Origin: Schmidtea polychroa
Taxonomy: Eukaryota
Assembly (NCBI GenBank): GCA_044892525.1
Contig: CM097885.1
Location: forward strand, 5,520,001-5,584,000
DNA: 64,000 bases
Reading direction: 5' to 3'
Under the pieces are notes generated by a model. The model made no database searches, was not told where the DNA came from, and saw nothing but the letters and a program-made list of their open reading frames with translations. Within the stretch, counting starts at the first letter, position 1; each line of letters begins with the position of its first letter. This document shows positions 54,180 to 64,000 of this stretch, one piece after another. The translations under genes and the position numbers were made by a program.

Positions 54180-54720
54180 CGAGCGGATGAATATTGAAAC
54201 CAACGTCATAAAAAATTGTTTCTCTCGTTCTTTATCGTTAATAAGTCTTGCAACTCTGCTCAGTATCTCACTCTTCCTGCCAAGACAGCATCACTTAAAC
54301 TTTTTTCTGCAACAACTTTTAATTTTTTAAAGCTATAAAGAAGTGATTTTAAAGAATTATTGACAGCAGTTGTAGAAATAGTCACATTAAACTTTTCTTT
54401 TACCTTTTCTGATAGAACCTTCAGAGTTATATCACATTTATAGTCAAACTTTTCTCGTATAAAGTTTTCTTATCTCATCATTAATTTTATAATTTCTTCT
54501 TCTACCTACAATATTTTTTTCAATGCGTCCTTCACTCTTGTAGACTCGAATAATAGTTCTAATTGAGACTCCGAGAAGATTAAAAATTATTGATATTTCT
54601 TCTATTGATTTGAGGTCGATATAGTTTTGAATAATAAGTTTCCTTATGCAATTTGATATTTTATTTCTTGTCCTGTTATTAAGGATTAGTCTTTTTATAA
54701 ATATTAAATTGAACTTCAAA
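54180..54720 (-). mobile_element. Tc1/IS630-like transposase relic
   Basis: HTH-like EEISIIFNL...SIRTIIRVYKSEGR, DITLKVLSEKVKEKFNVTISTTAV, and FYDVGFN near the first catalytic Asp. Confidence 0.6.
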
Positions 54721-54999
54721 CCCTGTAAAGGCTATATTAATTAATATATAATTAATTAAATTGAATCAAATGTCTAATTTAACTTGATCCTTACAATTAA
54801 TAAATTATATAAAATTAAAACAGAATCAGAAAACAGTCAAAAACCTGTCAACATGGAGAGCGTTGGAAAGGAGATTGGAATGGACTTCTCAGAGATCATA
54901 AATACATTGGATTCACATGCGACATAAACAGTCCAAAAATTTACTTTTTGGCGTCTTGTTTTGCATATGATTTCCAAATTCACTGATTTGAGGCAATTC

Positions 55000-55394
55000 A
55001 TCAATTAATATTTGAACCGGATCCAAAAAAGAACGATGACATGTTCAACCCTTTTATATGCATAGCTTTTAGCAAAAACTCCATATATTGGTACCACACT
55101 TTCCTGACTTTATTGGAACAACGTCTTCCGAAAGTGGCAAGTTTTTCATCTACTGTTATATGGTTAGATGGACCATAATTAGCTTTGGAAGCATTATTGA
55201 ATTGAAACAAAATAAGTTCTAATTGAAGCAAGTTTATCAAAGCGTCTTCTTGAGGGTCTAGAGCCAAATCTAAGTTATAAAGTAAATTCTACAAACAAGT
55301 TTCTAAATATTCTTCATTAAGGAAAAGCCAAATTTCTCACAGGTTGCAATTTTTCCTTTCATTATTCCTATGAGATAAAGCAATCCTATAAAAA
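55000..55394 (-). mobile_element. piggyBac transposase relic, next to a probable LTR at ~55395-56010
   Basis: FIGLLYLIGI and NYGPSNHITVDEKLATFGRRCS (compare YxPxxxLTVDEQLVPFRGRC). Confidence 0.6.
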
Positions 55395-57924
55395 TGTTGA
55401 GGATACCTAAAGGGAAAGGGACTGTTGAGGAAGTCAAGAGGTGGCATCTTCTAAAAATCGACAGCTTTCAGAGATAATAAAAGAATATGAGGTGACCGAA
55501 GGGAATTTACAGGAGAAAGGAATTTAAACTGAAGTCAATATCAGTAAGTGCTATTAATTTGCAGACTATAAAAGGAAACATAACTTGAATCAACACAGAG
55601 AATTTCTATAGAACAAAATTTGAAAAAGAGAAAAAGAAGACAAAATTAGTAAATTAAAAAGGAAGCAGATTTGTAAAGAAAAGAAATTAAATCAAACTTA
55701 AAGCGAAGCCTAAATAAATTACAAAGTTATCGGAGAAGCGATTTAAACAGATTAAAGTAATCGAGTAAATTTAAGCTAAAGCTAAGAAAACAACTAGATT
55801 GAATCTAACGGTCGTTACAACCAGAACAGTATTCAAGTTGTTGTGAATTCCAAACTGTATTGTAAACGTGTTATTTCCTTCCGGAGAGTTGCATTAAGCA
55901 CTCAGGATATTATTGTAATATTTAATTATTTGTGTCTCTGTAAATTGATAATCAATTTTGTAAATTAATAAAAGTTTATATCATCTGGAGTTCGTAATTA
56001 TTGTTAAACAAGGCACGCTTTAGAGTCAGATCAATAACTGGTAATATTTAATTTCACCAGCAATCCCATAAAAATACTCAATTCTTGCATATCAATCTTC
56101 TTTATATGATGTTTTCGTCCTCAATGTATTCATTAGTTTGCAATAGTTTCTTCCTGGACTTTCGGCACACCGAGACTGAACATTTTGAAAATCCCATTTT
56201 CCCACGAAACATCCTCGCCTTTCTCGTCTCTCATTCATTGTAGGATAATGAAACTGCTTTTCTCCATCTTTTTATTTGACAAATGGCACAAATAAGTATT
56301 TTCGTGTTAATTTTCACTATCAAATAGCGTGCAGTCATCTTTTTCATTGATAACCTTTGTTATTGCTTAGTCCATTTCTTCGATAGGTGGACGTCATTGT
56401 AAAGATTGCTTGATTCAGAGTCGCTAGCCAGAATAAAACCCTTTTTCGAAATCCCTGAATTATTTTTATCCAAACAAAAATCCTTTAATTTCTTCTCATA
56501 AAAAACATTTATTCCCAAATTTCTAAATTAATTTAACACAAAATGTTTACATAGTCAGTTCTAACAATCACACTAAATTTTACTAATAAAAACAGAAACC
56601 AATTGTTGATAGGCTCAATTCGACATTGAAATCTCGGCAGTAACTGATGTATTCCATTAATAAGTTAGGAAAATACAAACCAATCTTGAGATTTATAATC
56701 TCCAGAAATATATTGATTGTAAAATGGTGGCTTATGGTCGATGAGATAATCAGACATTGAGACTTACAACATCAACTCGAATTCCAGTTGTATATTTAAT
56801 TTTACGCTGATCCCGAACAAAGATAACATTTCTTTATTTTTCTATTCACCTTCTATCTGTTGTTATTTTCTTTTAAAGGTTATTTATTTCATTACAAAAA
56901 TGGATACAAATTAATTTTCATTTAATACAAATCTTCGGCACTGCCTTTATCAAGTGTTATTTTAAGCGCAATCTTTGAATTTTAGGTTTTGGGACTCCCT
57001 GGAATAGAAACATTTTACAAATTGAAGTTCCAATATAAAAATTAGAATATTTTCACTGAACATCAATAGCATTTCATTGAATATTATGAAGATCCTTCTC
57101 TGTAATTGAGAATAAAATTGAGATTAGTACTGGCTTGATTAGATGGAATGCAAAAATAAAATTTAAATGTAGAATTAATTAATCCCCTTGAGCCCAAAAT
57201 ATTTTCGGTTATAACACAATCTAGAATACAGGTTCAATTTGAGTACAAGCTAATATCTAAGACAGTGTATCCCAACCTTCTATATACCATGCCCCACGGT
57301 AGTATTTTCATATGCTCCACTGGTCCCTTTGAAGTAGCTGTCAAACTTCGATAATCAATATTGCCAGTATGCAAAAATAACAGTCGATGAAATTTCTGTA
57401 TGCACGTTGTTATATTTATTCGTGAATGAGCATATTATATTAAAAAAAATATATGTGGAATAGTTGATAATTACTGATGTGCCCCACCCCTGAGGCGTGA
57501 TGCCCCAACGCATCTATACCAGCGGGTTTAAATTGTGCTTTACATAATTGTCTATAGGTAGCCAGTCTATAGGTAGCAACATTTACTCATATGTAATTTT
57601 TATAAGAAAATAGATACGGTCCACATCAAGCCGGCATTGGAAACTAGATGGTTAAATATTCTTATAATTTATTTTGGAAAACAAAATGGCCAAGTGTAAG
57701 AGGCTTGGTAGCGGCTTGTTAAGCTGAGGTGGCGTAGTAAAATTGATATTTATTAATTTAGTGGTATCGTGTAGAATTGGATGAAAAACGATAAATCCGT
57801 TTGCAGAGCCAAAATGATTAATGTGAACAGAGGGTATAAAGGCAGAGTTAGACTCAGTATAAATCTCACAGTTGTGGTCAACATCAGCGCTTTATTTATG
57901 AAGTGTTGTTTCTAAAATTCTTTA

Positions 57925-63846
<5,922 letters not shown>

Positions 63847-64000
63847 TGACATTATTGTGATAATGAACTGCCCAAAAGTTTATAAAAATAAATATTATAA
63901 ATAAATATTCATATAAAGATTTGTCCAAAATTACATAAATCTGATAAATGTCATTTTGATCATTACAAATTGATAAATGTTTTACTGATTATCTCATCAT

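Overview
Very AT-rich eukaryotic (animal) DNA with abundant (ATT)n microsatellites and 44-50 nt introns; this resembles a planarian-type flatworm genome (inference, not verified). A three-exon GnRH/AKH-receptor-like GPCR gene runs on the minus strand from 49616 to 10568, and its two large introns (16.8 and 21.1 kb) are filled with mobile DNA. The main object is a complete 13,040-bp Polinton/Maverick (adintovirus-like) element at 11553-24592 with TIRs and a 6-bp TSD (TTCTAT). It has the packaging ATPase, integrase, minor and major capsid proteins and adenain protease, but no recognisable protein-primed DNA polymerase. It also carries a TATA-binding-protein homologue, a spliced Bcl-2 homologue that the ORF track misses, a possible SSB and other spliced accessory genes, plus an AP-1-site tandem array in one TIR. 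Other content: two intact, intronless ABCF3-like genes and a third fragment whose differences I found are all synonymous; a palindromic Penelope insertion; several minimal hammerhead-ribozyme motifs; two deleted Gypsy elements; solo LTRs; hAT, pogo, Tc1, piggyBac and Helitron relics; and dispersed inverted duplications. All calls come from reading the sequence by eye; no database searches were run.
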